The notes below the pieces were generated by a model. It did not search any database. It worked only from the letters and a program-made list of their open reading frames with translations, and had not been told where the DNA came from. Positions 10,333-24,446 of a stretch of 64,000 bases of DNA are shown here, one piece after another. The position numbers and the translations under genes were made by a program. How positions within the stretch are numbered: position 1 is the stretch's first letter; every line of letters starts with the position of its first letter. This stretch comes from Candidatus Levyibacteriota bacterium (GTDB taxonomy: Bacteria; Patescibacteriota; Microgenomatia; Levybacterales; UBA12049), in the NCBI GenBank assembly GCA_038205015.1, contig JBBRCK010000005.1:1656-65655 (forward strand), read 5' to 3'.

Positions 10333-10521
10333 ATGTCAGAAACAGAACAAAAAATAGGTAAACTACCACAACAAACCGGAGAACAATTTAAAAAAAGTGT
10401 GGTTGCTGCTCTTTTACTTGGTGACATGGGGAACATGATGCTGCAATTTCCCGAGGAAATTCTTTCGGTAGTTTTCAAAGATAATTCCGATAAAGCTTCT
10501 GAACAACCGGAAAGAACATAA
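10333..10521 (+). CDS. Small orphan protein
   Basis: Extended -10 TGaTACAAT just upstream; same strand as neighbours. Confidence 0.5.
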   Translation: MSETEQKIGKLPQQTGEQFKKSVVAALLLGDMGNMMLQFPEEILSVVFKDNSDKASEQPERT

Positions 10522-10584
10522 TCAAAAGCCGCAGAAATTTTCCACCGCTAATCTTTAACGTTTAAATTAAACCAAAATAGTTAA

Positions 10585-10613
10585 TTGACAAACATGCTTC
10601 TCAATTTTATAAT
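10585..10613 (+). promoter_or_regulatory. Consensus sigma70 promoter, leaderless arrangement
   Basis: TTGACA-N17-TATAAT, ATG 6 nt downstream. Confidence 0.8.
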
Positions 10614-10619
10614 GCGCTA

Positions 10620-10949
10620 ATGTTAGAAGCATGGATTGAAGCAAGAGCCAAAACCCAACATTTAGAACAAGCAGTGGACGTTTTTACTCACGAAGAATTA
10701 ATCAGACAACAAAGAGAAAGAGAAGTAACAATTACAGAAATTCAGCAAACCGGTGACAGCTTACACTATGGAGGATTTTTTAGAATAATGAATAATCATT
10801 TAGGAACAAATGTTAACAGCCTAGATATACATGAAAGAGCAATGCTTTTATCTGCTGTCAAAGATTTATCTAAAGCCTTTGGACCAAACGGAGTAACGGG
10901 AATGTTTCGAACTTGGCAAAACGGGCAAGCCTCCTTGTCTCAAAAATAA
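10620..10949 (+). CDS. Hypothetical protein
   Basis: ORF directly behind a consensus promoter. Confidence 0.7.
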   Translation: MLEAWIEARAKTQHLEQAVDVFTHEELIRQQREREVTITEIQQTGDSLHYGGFFRIMNNHLGTNVNSLDIHERAMLLSAVKDLSKAFGPNGVTGMFRTWQNGQASLSQK

Positions 10950-10996
10950 CTCCGGAAATTTGAGTTTTAACCTCACTTATACTAAAATACCATGCT

Positions 10997-11431
10997 ATGG
11001 TTGAATACGGAATACATAGGGTAGAGGTTATTAATTCAAATGGAGACATCGAGCTTTATTCTTCAGTACAGAATTGTAAAAATGCCCACGAAAAAAGATT
11101 AGAGGGAAAATTTAACTCCTTTAAACAAGCTTCAAGAAAAAAATTTATAGATAGAACAGCATGGCGAAGTTTAGAGATACCATATGTTCCGGTAACAATT
11201 GGTGCTTTAACAGGCGCTGTAGGAAGTGTGGTACCAAATATTCTACACGGGCACCCCGATAAGCTAAGGGATGTTTTTATACTCGTGAGTGCGTTAGCGA
11301 TCTCCGAAATTGGTGCAAAAGTAAGAACTACAGCAATGGCGGAAAGATATAAGGCTGACCAACAAAGACTTGCTCTTAAGCAAGCAGAACTAGAACAACA
11401 AAAAGTTTTCCGCACTTCATTTCCGTATTAA
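10997..11431 (+). CDS. Hypothetical membrane protein
   Basis: Two hydrophobic segments, charged C-terminus. Confidence 0.65.
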   Translation: MVEYGIHRVEVINSNGDIELYSSVQNCKNAHEKRLEGKFNSFKQASRKKFIDRTAWRSLEIPYVPVTIGALTGAVGSVVPNILHGHPDKLRDVFILVSALAISEIGAKVRTTAMAERYKADQQRLALKQAELEQQKVFRTSFPY

Positions 11432-11500
11432 ACAAGCTATCTTAATTTTAAAAAATGGCTTCTTACCTCTAGAAATTAATCAAAAATTTTGTTAAACTAG

Positions 11501-13477
<1,977 letters not shown>

Positions 13478-13496
13478 CCTCTTTTTAAAATCCGTC

Positions 13497-13550
13497 TTGA
13501 CAAAAATTTAACGAATGCTGTATGCTATTTATATCCCCCCATAGGGGATA
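13497..13550 (+). promoter_or_regulatory. cop promoter and CsoR operator
   Basis: TTGACA-N18-TATGCT followed by palindrome TATCCCC-CCATA-GGGGATA (13532-13550), a C-tract/G-tract pattern typical of CsoR operators. Confidence 0.75.
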
Positions 13551-13554
13551 ACAT

Positions 13555-13824
13555 ATGTATAGACCTAAAGATACGCAAGAAAGGATACTTCATAGATTAA
13601 AGATTGCCAGGGGACATTTAAATAAAGTGATAACAATGGTTGAGGAAGACAAGTATTGCATAGATGTTTTACATCAATCTCAAGCAATTCAAGCGGCTTT
13701 AAAAGAAACCGACTCGGTAGTTTTGGAAAATCACTTAAGGACCTGCGTTGCCGATTCCATAAAATCAGGTAACCAGGAAGAGGCCGTAAAAGAAGTAATG
13801 GAGGTTTTTAAAAAGAAGAACTAA
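13555..13824 (+). CDS. csoR: Copper-sensing repressor, CsoR family
   Basis: RLKIARGHL, YCIDVLHQ, HLRTC Cu ligands. Confidence 0.92.
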   Translation: MYRPKDTQERILHRLKIARGHLNKVITMVEEDKYCIDVLHQSQAIQAALKETDSVVLENHLRTCVADSIKSGNQEEAVKEVMEVFKKKN

Positions 13825-13916
13825 TGAGCCCCGATAAGATTTTAATCACAATTATAGGAATAGCTTCAATAATTTTTACTTACTGGTATTTTTTGGCAAA
13901 AAAACAAGATGAATAA
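13824..13916 (+). CDS. 30-aa single-TM peptide (absent from the ORF track)
   Basis: [30 protein letters not shown]; TAATG overlap with csoR and 8-nt overlap with copA. Confidence 0.65.
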   Translation: MSPDKILITIIGIASIIFTYWYFLAKKQDE

Positions 13917-16128
13917 AAATACTTATTTTATAAAAGGCATGCATTGTGCATCTTGCGTTAATGTTTTGGAAAGATCGTTGAAAAAAGTCAACGGAGTCGA
14001 AGATGCAAACGTGAATTTGGCCACTGAAAAAGCCACTGTTACTTTTAATCCTCAAATTGTAAATGAAAAAAAACTGGCTTCAACTGTTGCAAGCGTTGGG
14101 TACGAAATGGTTTTAGAAGATAGAAATATGCATCATGACCATATGAAGGAAGAAAAGAAAGTGGAATTACGAATACTTAAAAAGAAAGTAATTTTAAGTC
14201 TTTTCCTGGGAAGTTTAATTATTTGGGGAAGTTTTCCCGGGCTATCAAAAACTGCGCCTTTAATCTTACAAAACTTCTTTATCCAATTTCTTTTGGCAAT
14301 TCCTGTTCAATTCTGGGCAGGCTTAGAATTTTATAAAGCAGCTATTCCAGCCCTACGGCATAGAAATGCCAATATGGACACTCTAGTTGCATTGGGAACT
14401 TCTGTTGCTTTTATTTATTCATCTGTAGTTATATTTTTTCCTCGATTATTTAACTCAATTGGCGTTGTTGCTATGCCTTACTTTGATATTTCTACTATTA
14501 TAATAGGCTTAATTTTATTGGGCAGATATTTAGAAGCAAAAGCCAAAGCCGGAACATCAGAAGCAATTAAAAAATTAATGGGTTTATCGCCAAAAACTGC
14601 AAGAGTTATAAGAAATGGAAAAGAAATTGATATCTCGATAGAAGAAGTTTTAATCGGCGATATTATAAGAGTAAGACCCGGGGAGAAAATTCCGGTTGAC
14701 GGAACAGTAACTGAGGGAAATTCATCAGTTGATGAAAGCATGATTACGGGAGAAAGTATTCCGGTTGAAAAAATAAAAGGAAACGTTGTAATTGGGGCAA
14801 CAGTAAATAAATCGGGAACATTTTTATATAAAGCAACAAAAGTAGGAAGCGCAACCATGCTTTCTCAAATTATCAAACTTGTTCAAGATGCTCAAGGAAG
14901 TAAAGCTCCAATTCAGCGAATCGCAGATTTAATTTCTTCATATTTTGTTCCAATAGTCATTATGCTTTCTTTATTAACTTTTGTTATTTGGTATGATTTT
15001 GGACCAGGCTTAATCTTTTCTCTTTTAAGTATGGTTTCTGTATTAATTATTGCTTGCCCTTGTGCAATGGGACTTGCCACTCCAACTGCCGTTATGGTTG
15101 GTACAGGAAAGGGTGCGCAAAATGGAATTTTAATAAAAGAGGCAAAGAGTTTAGAAATTGCCCATAAAATCAACACCGTTGTTTTTGATAAAACAGGAAC
15201 CTTAACCAATGGCAAACCTCTGGTAACGGATGTAATTTCAAAAGATAAAAATCAAAAGTTATTACAACTGGCTGCATCACTTGAAAAAGTTTCCGAACAT
15301 CCTTTAGCTTTTGCAATTTTACAAAAAGCTCAGGAAGAACAACTTAACTTAGATAAGGTAGATCAATTCCACGCTGTTTCCGGATTTGGAGTTGAGGGGA
15401 TTATAAATAAAGAGAGAGTATTCTTCGGCAACAGAAAACTAATGGAGAAAGAAAAAATAAATATAGAAAGTCTTGAAAATAATATTAATAACTTAGAAAA
15501 TCAGGGAAAAACAGTAATGATTTTAAGCATTAATAAATCTGCCCAAGGCTTAATTGCTGTTTCGGATACTATTAAAGACAGCGCGAAAGAAGGAGTTTCA
15601 AATCTCTTAAAAATGGGAATTGAAGTGGTAATGATAACAGGGGATAACAAAAAAACCGCCCAAGCAATTGCTAAAACATTAGGAATAAAAAGAGTGTTAG
15701 CGGAAGTTTTGCCACAAGATAAAGAAGCGGAAATTAAAAAAATTCAAGCTGAGGGAAAAGTTGTCGCAATGGTGGGTGATGGAATAAATGACGCACCTGC
15801 ACTAGCAACTTCGGATATCGGAATTGCAATGGGTTCTGGAACCGATGTTGCAATAGAATCTTCGGATATTACACTAATCAATAAAGACTTACGATCTGTG
15901 TCTTGGGCAATTAATTTATCTAAAAAAACAATGACAACAATAAAATTAAACCTTTTCTGGGCTTTTGGCTATAATATAATATTAATACCCGTTGCAATGG
16001 GAGTTTTATACCCATTTCTACATGTGCTTTTAAATCCAATATTTGCGTCGGCAGCAATGGCACTAAGTTCAATTTCTGTAGTATCTAATTCTTTAAGTTT
16101 AAAAAGAGCAAATATTATAAAAATTTAA
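13909..16128 (+). CDS. copA: Cu(I)-translocating P1B ATPase
   Basis: GMHCASC, TGES, CPC, DKTGT, HP, GDGIND, YN and MxxSS TM motifs. Confidence 0.97.
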   Translation: MNKNTYFIKGMHCASCVNVLERSLKKVNGVEDANVNLATEKATVTFNPQIVNEKKLASTVASVGYEMVLEDRNMHHDHMKEEKKVELRILKKKVILSLFLGSLIIWGSFPGLSKTAPLILQNFFIQFLLAIPVQFWAGLEFYKAAIPALRHRNANMDTLVALGTSVAFIYSSVVIFFPRLFNSIGVVAMPYFDISTIIIGLILLGRYLEAKAKAGTSEAIKKLMGLSPKTARVIRNGKEIDISIEEVLIGDIIRVRPGEKIPVDGTVTEGNSSVDESMITGESIPVEKIKGNVVIGATVNKSGTFLYKATKVGSATMLSQIIKLVQDAQGSKAPIQRIADLISSYFVPIVIMLSLLTFVIWYDFGPGLIFSLLSMVSVLIIACPCAMGLATPTAVMVGTGKGAQNGILIKEAKSLEIAHKINTVVFDKTGTLTNGKPLVTDVISKDKNQKLLQLAASLEKVSEHPLAFAILQKAQEEQLNLDKVDQFHAVSGFGVEGIINKERVFFGNRKLMEKEKINIESLENNINNLENQGKTVMILSINKSAQGLIAVSDTIKDSAKEGVSNLLKMGIEVVMITGDNKKTAQAIAKTLGIKRVLAEVLPQDKEAEIKKIQAEGKVVAMVGDGINDAPALATSDIGIAMGSGTDVAIESSDITLINKDLRSVSWAINLSKKTMTTIKLNLFWAFGYNIILIPVAMGVLYPFLHVLLNPIFASAAMALSSISVVSNSLSLKRANIIKI

Positions 16129-16129
16129 T

Positions 16130-17161
16130 ATGAATAATTTAATTACTATTTTTTTAACCGGTCTTATAACAGGGGGACTAACTTGCATGGCTGTACAGGG
16201 TGGGCTTCTGGCGGCAACTCTTGCACAAAGAGAAGAAGAAAAATTAAAAAATAATCTTAAAAAAGGCGGAAACGCTTTACCGATTTTATCTTTTTTAATT
16301 GCAAAATTAACAGCCTACACAATTTTTGGATTTTTATTGGGTCTTCTTGGATCATTTTTTACTCTCTCTATTAGTGCAAAAGTAATTATGCAAATTGCTG
16401 TTGTAATATTTATGCTGGGAACCGCTTTTAATATTTTAGAGATTCATCCCATTTTTAGATATTTTATAATTCAGCCTCCTAAATTTCTAACTAGACTTGT
16501 AAGAAAACAATCAAAAAGCCAGGATATTTTTGCACCGGCAATACTGGGCGCATTCACTGTTTTTATTCCTTGTGGAACTACGCAGGCAATGATGGCATTA
16601 GCGATAGCCTCAGGCAAGCCAATTTCCGGAGCCTTGATTCTTTTTGCCTTTATTCTAGGAACTTCACCTTTATTTTTTATCTTAGGATATTTTGCAACCA
16701 CGCTTGGAGAAATATTTCAAAAACAATTTATGAGAATTGCAGCAGTTGCCTTAATTATTCTTTCAATTTTTAACTTAAATAATGCGCTTGCATTAACGGG
16801 ATTTAATTTAAATCTAGGTGGAACAGTAAAAAACATTTATTGCACGTTTGCGGTTTGCGATAATAATAACGTTGCTCTAAAAAATAGCGATCCAATTACT
16901 GAAGCAACAATTATCATCGGAAGCACTTCTTACCAACCAAATCAAATTACCGTAAAAAGAGGAGCAAATATTACGCTTCATTTGGTAAATAAAAATGGCT
17001 CAAGCTGCATTCAGGCGTTTACAATTCCTTCTTTAAATATACAAAAAGTTGTTCCACTAGGAAGCTCCGACACTCTTACCTTTACCGCGCCACAAACAGT
17101 AGGCGAATTACCATTTATGTGCTCTATGGGAATGTATCGAGGAGTTATAAAAGTAATATAA
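16130..17161 (+). CDS. DsbD_2/TauE-like membrane protein with C-terminal cupredoxin domain
   Basis: TCMAVQGG and FIPCGTTQ TM cysteines; C-terminal FMCSMGMYRG. Confidence 0.8.
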   Translation: MNNLITIFLTGLITGGLTCMAVQGGLLAATLAQREEEKLKNNLKKGGNALPILSFLIAKLTAYTIFGFLLGLLGSFFTLSISAKVIMQIAVVIFMLGTAFNILEIHPIFRYFIIQPPKFLTRLVRKQSKSQDIFAPAILGAFTVFIPCGTTQAMMALAIASGKPISGALILFAFILGTSPLFFILGYFATTLGEIFQKQFMRIAAVALIILSIFNLNNALALTGFNLNLGGTVKNIYCTFAVCDNNNVALKNSDPITEATIIIGSTSYQPNQITVKRGANITLHLVNKNGSSCIQAFTIPSLNIQKVVPLGSSDTLTFTAPQTVGELPFMCSMGMYRGVIKVI

Positions 17162-17164
17162 CAT

Positions 17165-17371
17165 ATGATAAAGAAAAAATTTAAAATATCGGGAATGCAT
17201 TGCACCTCTTGCGCGATGAACATCGACGGAGAATTAGAGGATACAAGCGGAGTCAAACAATCGAACACGCATTATGCAAAATCAGAAACTGAAGTAGAAT
17301 TTGACGAAACTAAATTAACAAGTGCTGACGTAATTAAAATAATTAAAAAAGTAGGATATAATGCTTCTTAA
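17165..17371 (+). CDS. copZ: Copper chaperone (HMA domain)
   Basis: GMHCTSC, 68 aa, GY near the C-terminus. Confidence 0.9.
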   Translation: MIKKKFKISGMHCTSCAMNIDGELEDTSGVKQSNTHYAKSETEVEFDETKLTSADVIKIIKKVGYNAS

Positions 17372-17940
17372 TGTTTAAAGACCCCATTTTAAATAAATTA
17401 GTAAAAAAATACGGACCACATAAATTTGAAAACCGCTCCGAGCTTTTGTATGAAGAGTTAGTCGAATCAATTATCAGCCAACAATTATCAGGCAAAGCAG
17501 CCGATACTATATTTAAAAGATTTCTAGGTTTATATAGGAATTCTAAATTTCCTCGTCCTGAAGAGCTTTTAAAAACAGATGTTGAAAAATTACGAAGCGC
17601 CGGAATGAGTTATTCCAAAGCGTCATACATTAAAAACATTTCCCAAGCTTTTAGAGATAAACAGTTAGATGTTAAAAAATTAGAAAAAATGTCAGATGAT
17701 GAAATAAAAATAGAACTAACTAAAATAAAAGGAATAGGAAGTTGGACCGCAGAAATGACTTTGATTTTTACTTTGCAAAGAGAAGATATTTTTTCTTTAG
17801 GCGATGCAGGAATCAGAAGGGCAATTAAGAATCTATACAAAATTGAAAAAGAAAAAGATATTCTAAAACTTGCAGAAGAATGGAAACCAAAAAGAAGTTA
17901 CGCCTGTTGGTATTTATGGAGGAGTTTAGAAAATGATTAA
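17371..17940 (+). CDS. alkA: DNA-3-methyladenine glycosylase II (HhH-GPD)
   Basis: IISQQLS, IKGIGSWTA, GDAGIRR, WKPKRSYACWYLW. Confidence 0.9.
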   Translation: MFKDPILNKLVKKYGPHKFENRSELLYEELVESIISQQLSGKAADTIFKRFLGLYRNSKFPRPEELLKTDVEKLRSAGMSYSKASYIKNISQAFRDKQLDVKKLEKMSDDEIKIELTKIKGIGSWTAEMTLIFTLQREDIFSLGDAGIRRAIKNLYKIEKEKDILKLAEEWKPKRSYACWYLWRSLEND

Positions 17941-18511
17941 AGTAATTGCGTTTGATTACGCTGATGTTATAGCCGAGGGCCCGATGTCAAAATGGATTAA
18001 GGAAAATGTAAAACTTGATAAAGAAAAGTTAATAGAATATAAACAACACGTTCATAAATGGGACCTTGGAGAAATGGAACTTAAAAAAGTCTACGGCATA
18101 TTGAGTGAATTAACTGGAATACCGCAGGAATTAATTTGGGAAAAATTTTATGAAAAATCTCTTCCAAATAATGAGTTAATTACTTTAATTAAACAACTTA
18201 AAAAGAGATATAAAATTATAATATTTTCAAATTACATCGGAGAACTTTTGCGAAAACTCTTAAATCATTATGGAATAACAGATTTATTTGATGAAATAAT
18301 AATTTCTTCCGAACATAAGTTAAAAAAACCGGATATAAAATTTTTTGAAGTTTTAGTAAAAAAGTCAGGAGTTAATAAAAAAGAAATTCTATTTACTGAT
18401 GACAGAACGGATAATGTTGATGCATCAAATGCTTTCGGAATTAAAGCTTTTATTTTTACAAACACTAAGCATTTAATCAAAGACTTACAAAATGAAGGTG
18501 TTAAAATTTAA
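17933..18511 (+). CDS. HAD family hydrolase
   Basis: FDYADV, SN, KKP, FTDD motifs. Confidence 0.88.
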   Translation: MIKVIAFDYADVIAEGPMSKWIKENVKLDKEKLIEYKQHVHKWDLGEMELKKVYGILSELTGIPQELIWEKFYEKSLPNNELITLIKQLKKRYKIIIFSNYIGELLRKLLNHYGITDLFDEIIISSEHKLKKPDIKFFEVLVKKSGVNKKEILFTDDRTDNVDASNAFGIKAFIFTNTKHLIKDLQNEGVKI

Positions 18512-18566
18512 TAATAAAAATAGTCTTGAAAAGCTAAATTAATTACCTTATAATGTATAAGTTCTT

Positions 18567-20606
18567 ATGGACTTATCTTTATTATTAACACATAAATTAG
18601 TCATCTCCTTGGGAGCGGGAATCCTCTCCATTCTTTATGCACTCTTCTTATCCTGGCAAATTTTATCTAAAGAGCGTGGCGATAAAAAAATGAATGATAT
18701 CTCCGACGCAATACAAGAAGGCGCAATTGCTTACATGAAACGCCAATACTTAGTTGTTGCAGGAATTGGAGCGGTAATTTTTGTGATTCTATATTTAGCC
18801 TTTAATCCAATCACCGCCATAGGGTTTGCAGTTGGTGCAATTTTTTCAACTATTGCAGGGGTTATCGGAATGAGTATTGCGGTAAGAAGCAATATTAGAA
18901 CCGCACAAGCTGCAAAAAAAGGATTGTCTCAAGCTTTTGATTTAGCATTTAAAGGCGGGGCAGTAACCGGATTAATGGTTGCAGGACTTGCACTTTTATC
19001 GATTACAGGATTTTATTGGTTCTTGGAAAGATACGGAAACGGCAGTCTTCAACCTTTGGTTGCCTTAGGTTTTGGTGGAAGCTTAATTTCTGTTTTTGCC
19101 CGCTTGGGGGGAGGAATTTTTACAAAATCTGCTGATGTAGGAACCGACATGGTTGGAAAAATTGAAAAGAATATTCCAGAAGATGATCCAAGAAATCCAG
19201 GAGTTATTGCCGATTTAGTAGGGGATAACGTTGGAGATGATGCCGGAATGGCAGCTGATCTTTTTGAAACATATGTAATTACCGCAGTTGCAGCAATGAT
19301 TTTAGGAAAATTAACTTTTCCTATGAATCAAACAGTTTTATTTTATCCAATGCTAATTGGCGCAATTTCTATTATTGCTTCAATTATTGGCATATGGTTT
19401 GTTAAGGTTAAGGGAACGGGAATCATGACCGCTTTATACAAAGGACTTGGAGTAGCAATTGCAGTTTCTATCGTCGGATTTTATTTTCTGACTCAAGCGA
19501 TTTTCCCACAAGGATTAGGAGTAATTCCAGCAATTAATCTCTTTTATGTTTCTCTAATTGGATTAGTAATTACCGTTGCCATGGTTGGTATAACAGAGTA
19601 TTTTACGTCCAAAAAATTCTCACCGGTTAAAACAATTGCCAATGCTTCAAATACAGGAAGCGGCACGAATGTAATCGCCGGGTTGGCAATTTCGATGAAA
19701 TCCACTTTAGCACCTATCCTTTTAATCTCTGCAGCAATTCTATTATCTTTTAATTTAGCAGGACTTTACGGCATCGCAATTGCAGCAATGAGCATGTTAT
19801 CACTGGCTGGAATTATAGTTGCAATTGATGCCTTCGGACCGATAACCGATAATGCAGGAGGAATTGCCGAAATGGCAGGGATGGATAAAAAAGTAAGAGA
19901 CGTTACCGACCCACTTGATGCGGTTGGAAATACCACTAAAGCAGTTACCAAGGCTTATGCAATTGGCTCAGCCGGTCTTGCAGCTTTAGTATTATTTTCA
20001 AGCTACACTCAAGAATTGGCAGCTTCAGGAAAAGTCGGAGATGTTTCGGGTCTTTTCTCACTTTCCGATCCAAAAGTCATTGTCGGATTATTTATTGGCG
20101 GAGCTTTGCCATATATTTTTGCGGCTCTAGCAATGGAAGCAGTTGGAAAAGCCAGCGTAGCGGTAGTTAATGAAGTAAGAAGACAATTTAAGGAAATTAA
20201 GGGCTTAATGGAAGGCAAGGCAAAACCGGAATATGCAAAAGCAGTTGATATTGTTACTAAAGCTGCAATCAGAGAAATGATTTTACCAACCGCGATTACA
20301 GTTTTGGCACCAATTGTGGTTGGTTTTGGATTAGGACCAAGAGCTCTTGGAGGAATGTTGGTTGGAAGTATAGTTACGGGACTTTTCCTTGGAATTTCTA
20401 TGACCACAGGCGGAGCAGCTTGGGATAACACTAAGAAATATATCGAAGAAGGAAATTTTGGTGGTAAAGGAAGTTTTGCGCATCAAGCAGCGGTTACCGG
20501 AGACACCGTAGGGGATCCATATAAAGACACTGCAGGACCTGCAATTAACCCAATGATTAAAGTTTTGAATATAGTTGCTCTCCTAATAGCATCATTCTTA
20601 ATTTAA
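18567..20606 (+). CDS. hppA: Membrane-integral pyrophosphatase, probably K+-independent H+-PPase
   Basis: [30 protein letters not shown] (Lys variant), [10 protein letters not shown]. Confidence 0.95.
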   Translation: MDLSLLLTHKLVISLGAGILSILYALFLSWQILSKERGDKKMNDISDAIQEGAIAYMKRQYLVVAGIGAVIFVILYLAFNPITAIGFAVGAIFSTIAGVIGMSIAVRSNIRTAQAAKKGLSQAFDLAFKGGAVTGLMVAGLALLSITGFYWFLERYGNGSLQPLVALGFGGSLISVFARLGGGIFTKSADVGTDMVGKIEKNIPEDDPRNPGVIADLVGDNVGDDAGMAADLFETYVITAVAAMILGKLTFPMNQTVLFYPMLIGAISIIASIIGIWFVKVKGTGIMTALYKGLGVAIAVSIVGFYFLTQAIFPQGLGVIPAINLFYVSLIGLVITVAMVGITEYFTSKKFSPVKTIANASNTGSGTNVIAGLAISMKSTLAPILLISAAILLSFNLAGLYGIAIAAMSMLSLAGIIVAIDAFGPITDNAGGIAEMAGMDKKVRDVTDPLDAVGNTTKAVTKAYAIGSAGLAALVLFSSYTQELAASGKVGDVSGLFSLSDPKVIVGLFIGGALPYIFAALAMEAVGKASVAVVNEVRRQFKEIKGLMEGKAKPEYAKAVDIVTKAAIREMILPTAITVLAPIVVGFGLGPRALGGMLVGSIVTGLFLGISMTTGGAAWDNTKKYIEEGNFGGKGSFAHQAAVTGDTVGDPYKDTAGPAINPMIKVLNIVALLIASFLI

Positions 20607-20618
20607 TTAATAAAATAA

Positions 20619-23090
20619 ATGGCTGATATCGGTAAACTACAACAAACTGGGATTTCTTCTGAAATGAAACGTGCGTATTTGGATTACGCAATGAGTGTTA
20701 TTGTCTCCCGTGCGCTTCCTGATGTCAGAGACGGATTAAAACCGGTCCATCGAAGAATTCTTTTTGCAATGCACGAGATTAACCTAACGCATAGTGCAAA
20801 ATATTCAAAGAGCGCAACAGTTGTTGGAGAAGTAATGGGAAAATACCATCCCCACGGAGACGTTCCAATTTATGATTCTCTCGTTCGTATGGCACAGGAT
20901 TTCTCCATGCGCTATCCGCTAATTGACGGCCAGGGAAACTTTGGCTCGATGGATGGCGACCCACCGGCAGCAATGAGGTACACCGAAGCAAGAATGGCAG
21001 CAATTACTGCAGAGATGCTTTTGGATATGGAGAAAGAGACCGTAGACTATACTCCTAACTTTGATTCAAGACTTAAAGAACCGGTGTTTTTACCAAGCCT
21101 TCTTCCAAATCTTTTATTAATGGGTGCAGAGGGTATTGCTGTTGGTATGGCAACGAAAATTCCTCCCCATAATTTAGGCGAGGTTATTGACGCAGTGCAG
21201 TATCTTGCAGACAAAGCAAAAATCGGAGTGGAACCAAAAATCTCAATTACATCCGATGTGACAGTTGATGAGCTTTTAGAATTTATCAAAGGACCAGATT
21301 TCCCAACAGCCGGTGCAATTTATGACTGGAATGAAATTAAAAATGTTTATACCACAGGTAGAGGCAGAATTTTGATAAGGGGTAAAGCAGAAATCGAAGA
21401 CATCGGACAGGGAAAAAGTGCCATTATTATTACCGAACTTCCATATCAAGTAAATAAAGCATTACTTGTTGCAAGAATTGCAGAGTTGGCAAAAGATAAA
21501 AAAATAGACGGTATCTCCGACCTTAGAGACGAATCGGATAGACACGGAATAAGAGTTGTGGTTGAACTCAAAAGAGACTCTGCGCCTAAAAAAGTCTTAA
21601 ATAATTTGTTTAAACTAACCAGTCTTCAGACGAGCTTTCCGGCAAACGTTGTCGCCCTGGTTGACGGAACTCCGCAAACTCTTAATCTAAAAACAATCTT
21701 GGAAGAATTTCTAAAACACAGATATTTAGTGGTTAAAAGAAGAAGCGAGTTTGAACTTCGCCAGGCTAAGGCCAGACTCCATATTTTAGAGGGGTTAAAA
21801 ATTGCGGTAGATAATATCGATGCGGTTATCAAAACAATTAGAGAGTCTAAGACTCAAGAGGAAGCAAAACAAAACTTAATGGCAAAATTCAAATTGTCAG
21901 ACCTTCAGGCAACCGCGATTTTGGATATGCAACTTCGTAGATTAGCAGCGCTTGAAAGACAAAAGATTGAAGAGGAGTATCAAATGGTTAAAGAAACCAT
22001 CGATTATCTAGAAGACCTTTTAGCACACCCTGCAAAAATATTAGTTGTTATAAAAGATGAACTTAAAAAGTTAAGAGAAAAATATGCCGATGACAGAAGA
22101 ACAAAAGTTTACAAAAGCAAAGTTGGAGAATTTAGCGATGAAGATTTAATTACCAATGAGCCAACCGTTATAACCTTAACTGATACGGGATATATAAAAA
22201 GACAAAGTCTAACGAGTTTTAAAACACAACACCGTGGAGGAAAAGGAATTAAAGGAATGACCACTAAAGATGAGGATACAATTGCAGATATTAAATACGC
22301 CGAAACCCATGACAACATTTTATTCTTTACCAACAAGGGAAAAGTTTATCAGATTAAAGCATATGAAATAAATGAAAGCTCTAGAACCAGCAAAGGAACA
22401 GCAATAGTAAATCTTTTAAATATCGAAAGCGGAGAAAAAGTAGAAAGCTTTATCAATTATAGAAAAGTTCAGGATGCAAAATATGTTTTCTTAACCACTA
22501 AAAAAGGGACTGTTAAAAAATCGTCTCTAAAAGAATTTGAAAATATTAGAAAGAGTGGAATCCTATCTATAAAATTAGATAAAGACGACGAATTGGTTTG
22601 GAGTAAATTAACCAGAGGTGAAGATGACATACTCTTAGTAACCAGAAACGGAAAATCAATTAGATTCTCAGAAAAAGCAGCCAGACCAATGGGCCGCAAT
22701 ACCAGAGGAGTAAGAGGAATATTAATCGGAAGTGACGATAGGGTTATTCAAATGGATGTCGTTGCAAAAGGCGCAAAGCTGGATGTCTTTACAATTATGG
22801 AAAACGGGCTTGGTAAAAAAACAGCAGTTGAGCAATTTAAAACTCAGGGTAGGGGAGGACAGGGAGTAAAAGTTGCCGAAGTCACTGCAAAAACAGGAAA
22901 AGTTGCATCATCTCAGGTTATTCCTCTTAACGCACAAGAGGTAATCATTACTTCTCAAAAAGGACAGATTGTTAAACTGGAAATAAATTCAATTCCAAGA
23001 CTATCGCGCGCAACACAAGGAGTAATTTTAATGAGATTCTCTAATGAAAACGATCATGTTTCATCAGCAACCTGCATAGAAAGCGCATAA
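20619..23090 (+). CDS. gyrA: DNA gyrase subunit A
   Basis: [21 protein letters not shown], GyrA box QHRGGKG. Confidence 0.98.
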   Translation: MADIGKLQQTGISSEMKRAYLDYAMSVIVSRALPDVRDGLKPVHRRILFAMHEINLTHSAKYSKSATVVGEVMGKYHPHGDVPIYDSLVRMAQDFSMRYPLIDGQGNFGSMDGDPPAAMRYTEARMAAITAEMLLDMEKETVDYTPNFDSRLKEPVFLPSLLPNLLLMGAEGIAVGMATKIPPHNLGEVIDAVQYLADKAKIGVEPKISITSDVTVDELLEFIKGPDFPTAGAIYDWNEIKNVYTTGRGRILIRGKAEIEDIGQGKSAIIITELPYQVNKALLVARIAELAKDKKIDGISDLRDESDRHGIRVVVELKRDSAPKKVLNNLFKLTSLQTSFPANVVALVDGTPQTLNLKTILEEFLKHRYLVVKRRSEFELRQAKARLHILEGLKIAVDNIDAVIKTIRESKTQEEAKQNLMAKFKLSDLQATAILDMQLRRLAALERQKIEEEYQMVKETIDYLEDLLAHPAKILVVIKDELKKLREKYADDRRTKVYKSKVGEFSDEDLITNEPTVITLTDTGYIKRQSLTSFKTQHRGGKGIKGMTTKDEDTIADIKYAETHDNILFFTNKGKVYQIKAYEINESSRTSKGTAIVNLLNIESGEKVESFINYRKVQDAKYVFLTTKKGTVKKSSLKEFENIRKSGILSIKLDKDDELVWSKLTRGEDDILLVTRNGKSIRFSEKAARPMGRNTRGVRGILIGSDDRVIQMDVVAKGAKLDVFTIMENGLGKKTAVEQFKTQGRGGQGVKVAEVTAKTGKVASSQVIPLNAQEVIITSQKGQIVKLEINSIPRLSRATQGVILMRFSNENDHVSSATCIESA

Positions 23091-23921
23091 ATGAAAATTG
23101 ATGGAAAAGAGATTGCTAGCAATATCCTCAAGGATTTAAAAATAAGAGTTGAAAAACTTAAAGAAAAAAAAATTACACCCCACCTTTATATAATTACATT
23201 TGGAAAAAATCCTCAAACTGAAAGCTACCTTCGGCAAAAGCTTTCAAAAGCAGAAATAATCGGAGCAAAAATAACCATCAAAAGATTTTCTCTTAATACT
23301 TCTGCAAGTTCTATTTATAAATTTATAGAGGAACTGAATAAAGATAAAAAAATCCACGGAATAATTATCCAAAGACCACTTATCAAAAGCTTAGATGAAG
23401 AAAAAACTTCCTTGAGTATAAACTTGCCAAAAGACGTTGACGGATTTCATCCTCATTCCAAGTTTTCCGTACCGGTTGCAATTGCGGTAATAAAACTTAT
23501 TGAATCAACTATTGAAAACGAGAGTATCTTGGAATTTTTAAAATCTAAAAAAATTGTGGTAATAGGGAAGGGAACTACTGCAGGAAAACCAGTAATTAAT
23601 CTTTTAGAAAAATACAAGATTAAATTTAAAAAAGTGGATAGTAAAACAAAGGATAAAAATAAAATATTCAAACTGACTGACATTATAATTTCTGCTGTTG
23701 GAAAAAATATTATTAACAAAGAGAATATTAAAAAAGGAGTTGTTCTAATTGGAATCGGAATGCATACTGGTAGCGACGGAGAATTAAAAGGGGATTATAA
23801 TCAGGAAGAAATTGCAAATAAGGTCTCATTTTATACACCAACACCAGGTGGAGTTGGACCGGTAAATGTAGCAATGCTGATGAAAAACTTAGTTGAAGCC
23901 ACTGAAAATCAAAATCTATGA
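23091..23921 (+). CDS. folD: Methylenetetrahydrofolate dehydrogenase/cyclohydrolase
   Basis: IDGK, HGIIIQRP, KDVDG, TPTPGGVGP. Confidence 0.92.
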   Translation: MKIDGKEIASNILKDLKIRVEKLKEKKITPHLYIITFGKNPQTESYLRQKLSKAEIIGAKITIKRFSLNTSASSIYKFIEELNKDKKIHGIIIQRPLIKSLDEEKTSLSINLPKDVDGFHPHSKFSVPVAIAVIKLIESTIENESILEFLKSKKIVVIGKGTTAGKPVINLLEKYKIKFKKVDSKTKDKNKIFKLTDIIISAVGKNIINKENIKKGVVLIGIGMHTGSDGELKGDYNQEEIANKVSFYTPTPGGVGPVNVAMLMKNLVEATENQNL

Positions 23922-24394
23922 TAAAGCTTGCCACAATGGTTTATCTTCTTAAGGGAAATAAAGTTTTATTCTTGGAAAGAAGAAAGGAAAATGACAAGGT
24001 CCATAAACAAGGAATGCATATTCCAATGGGAGGAAAAGTTGAAAAAGGAGAATCTTTAGAAGATTGCATAAAACGTGAAGCGTTAGAAGAATCCGGAATA
24101 AAAGTTAACTCAGTCGATTTAAAAGGAGTTATATATTTTAGGGACTTTGGAGAAAAAAACGCAGATTGGATTGATTACATTTATGCCTCTGATGACTTCA
24201 AAGGTGAACCAAGAGACGGAAATGAAGGAAGTTTTTTGTGGGTTAAGCTAGAAGATTTTAAAAAACTTAATTTATATGAAGGAGATAAGATATTTATAGA
24301 TTATATTTTTAATAAGAAATATAAATTTTTTGTGGTTGAGTTTCTATATAAAAAATATAAACTTCTAGACCACAAGTTATTAAAAGCTTTTTAA
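23918..24394 (+). CDS. Nudix hydrolase (8-oxo-dGTPase-like)
   Basis: Nudix box GGKVEKGESLEDCIKREALEESG. Confidence 0.9.
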   Translation: MIKLATMVYLLKGNKVLFLERRKENDKVHKQGMHIPMGGKVEKGESLEDCIKREALEESGIKVNSVDLKGVIYFRDFGEKNADWIDYIYASDDFKGEPRDGNEGSFLWVKLEDFKKLNLYEGDKIFIDYIFNKKYKFFVVEFLYKKYKLLDHKLLKAF

Positions 24395-24446
24395 ATTCTT
24401 GACAAACTCCCACAATCTGCTAATAATTAATTAGTTATATTTATTT

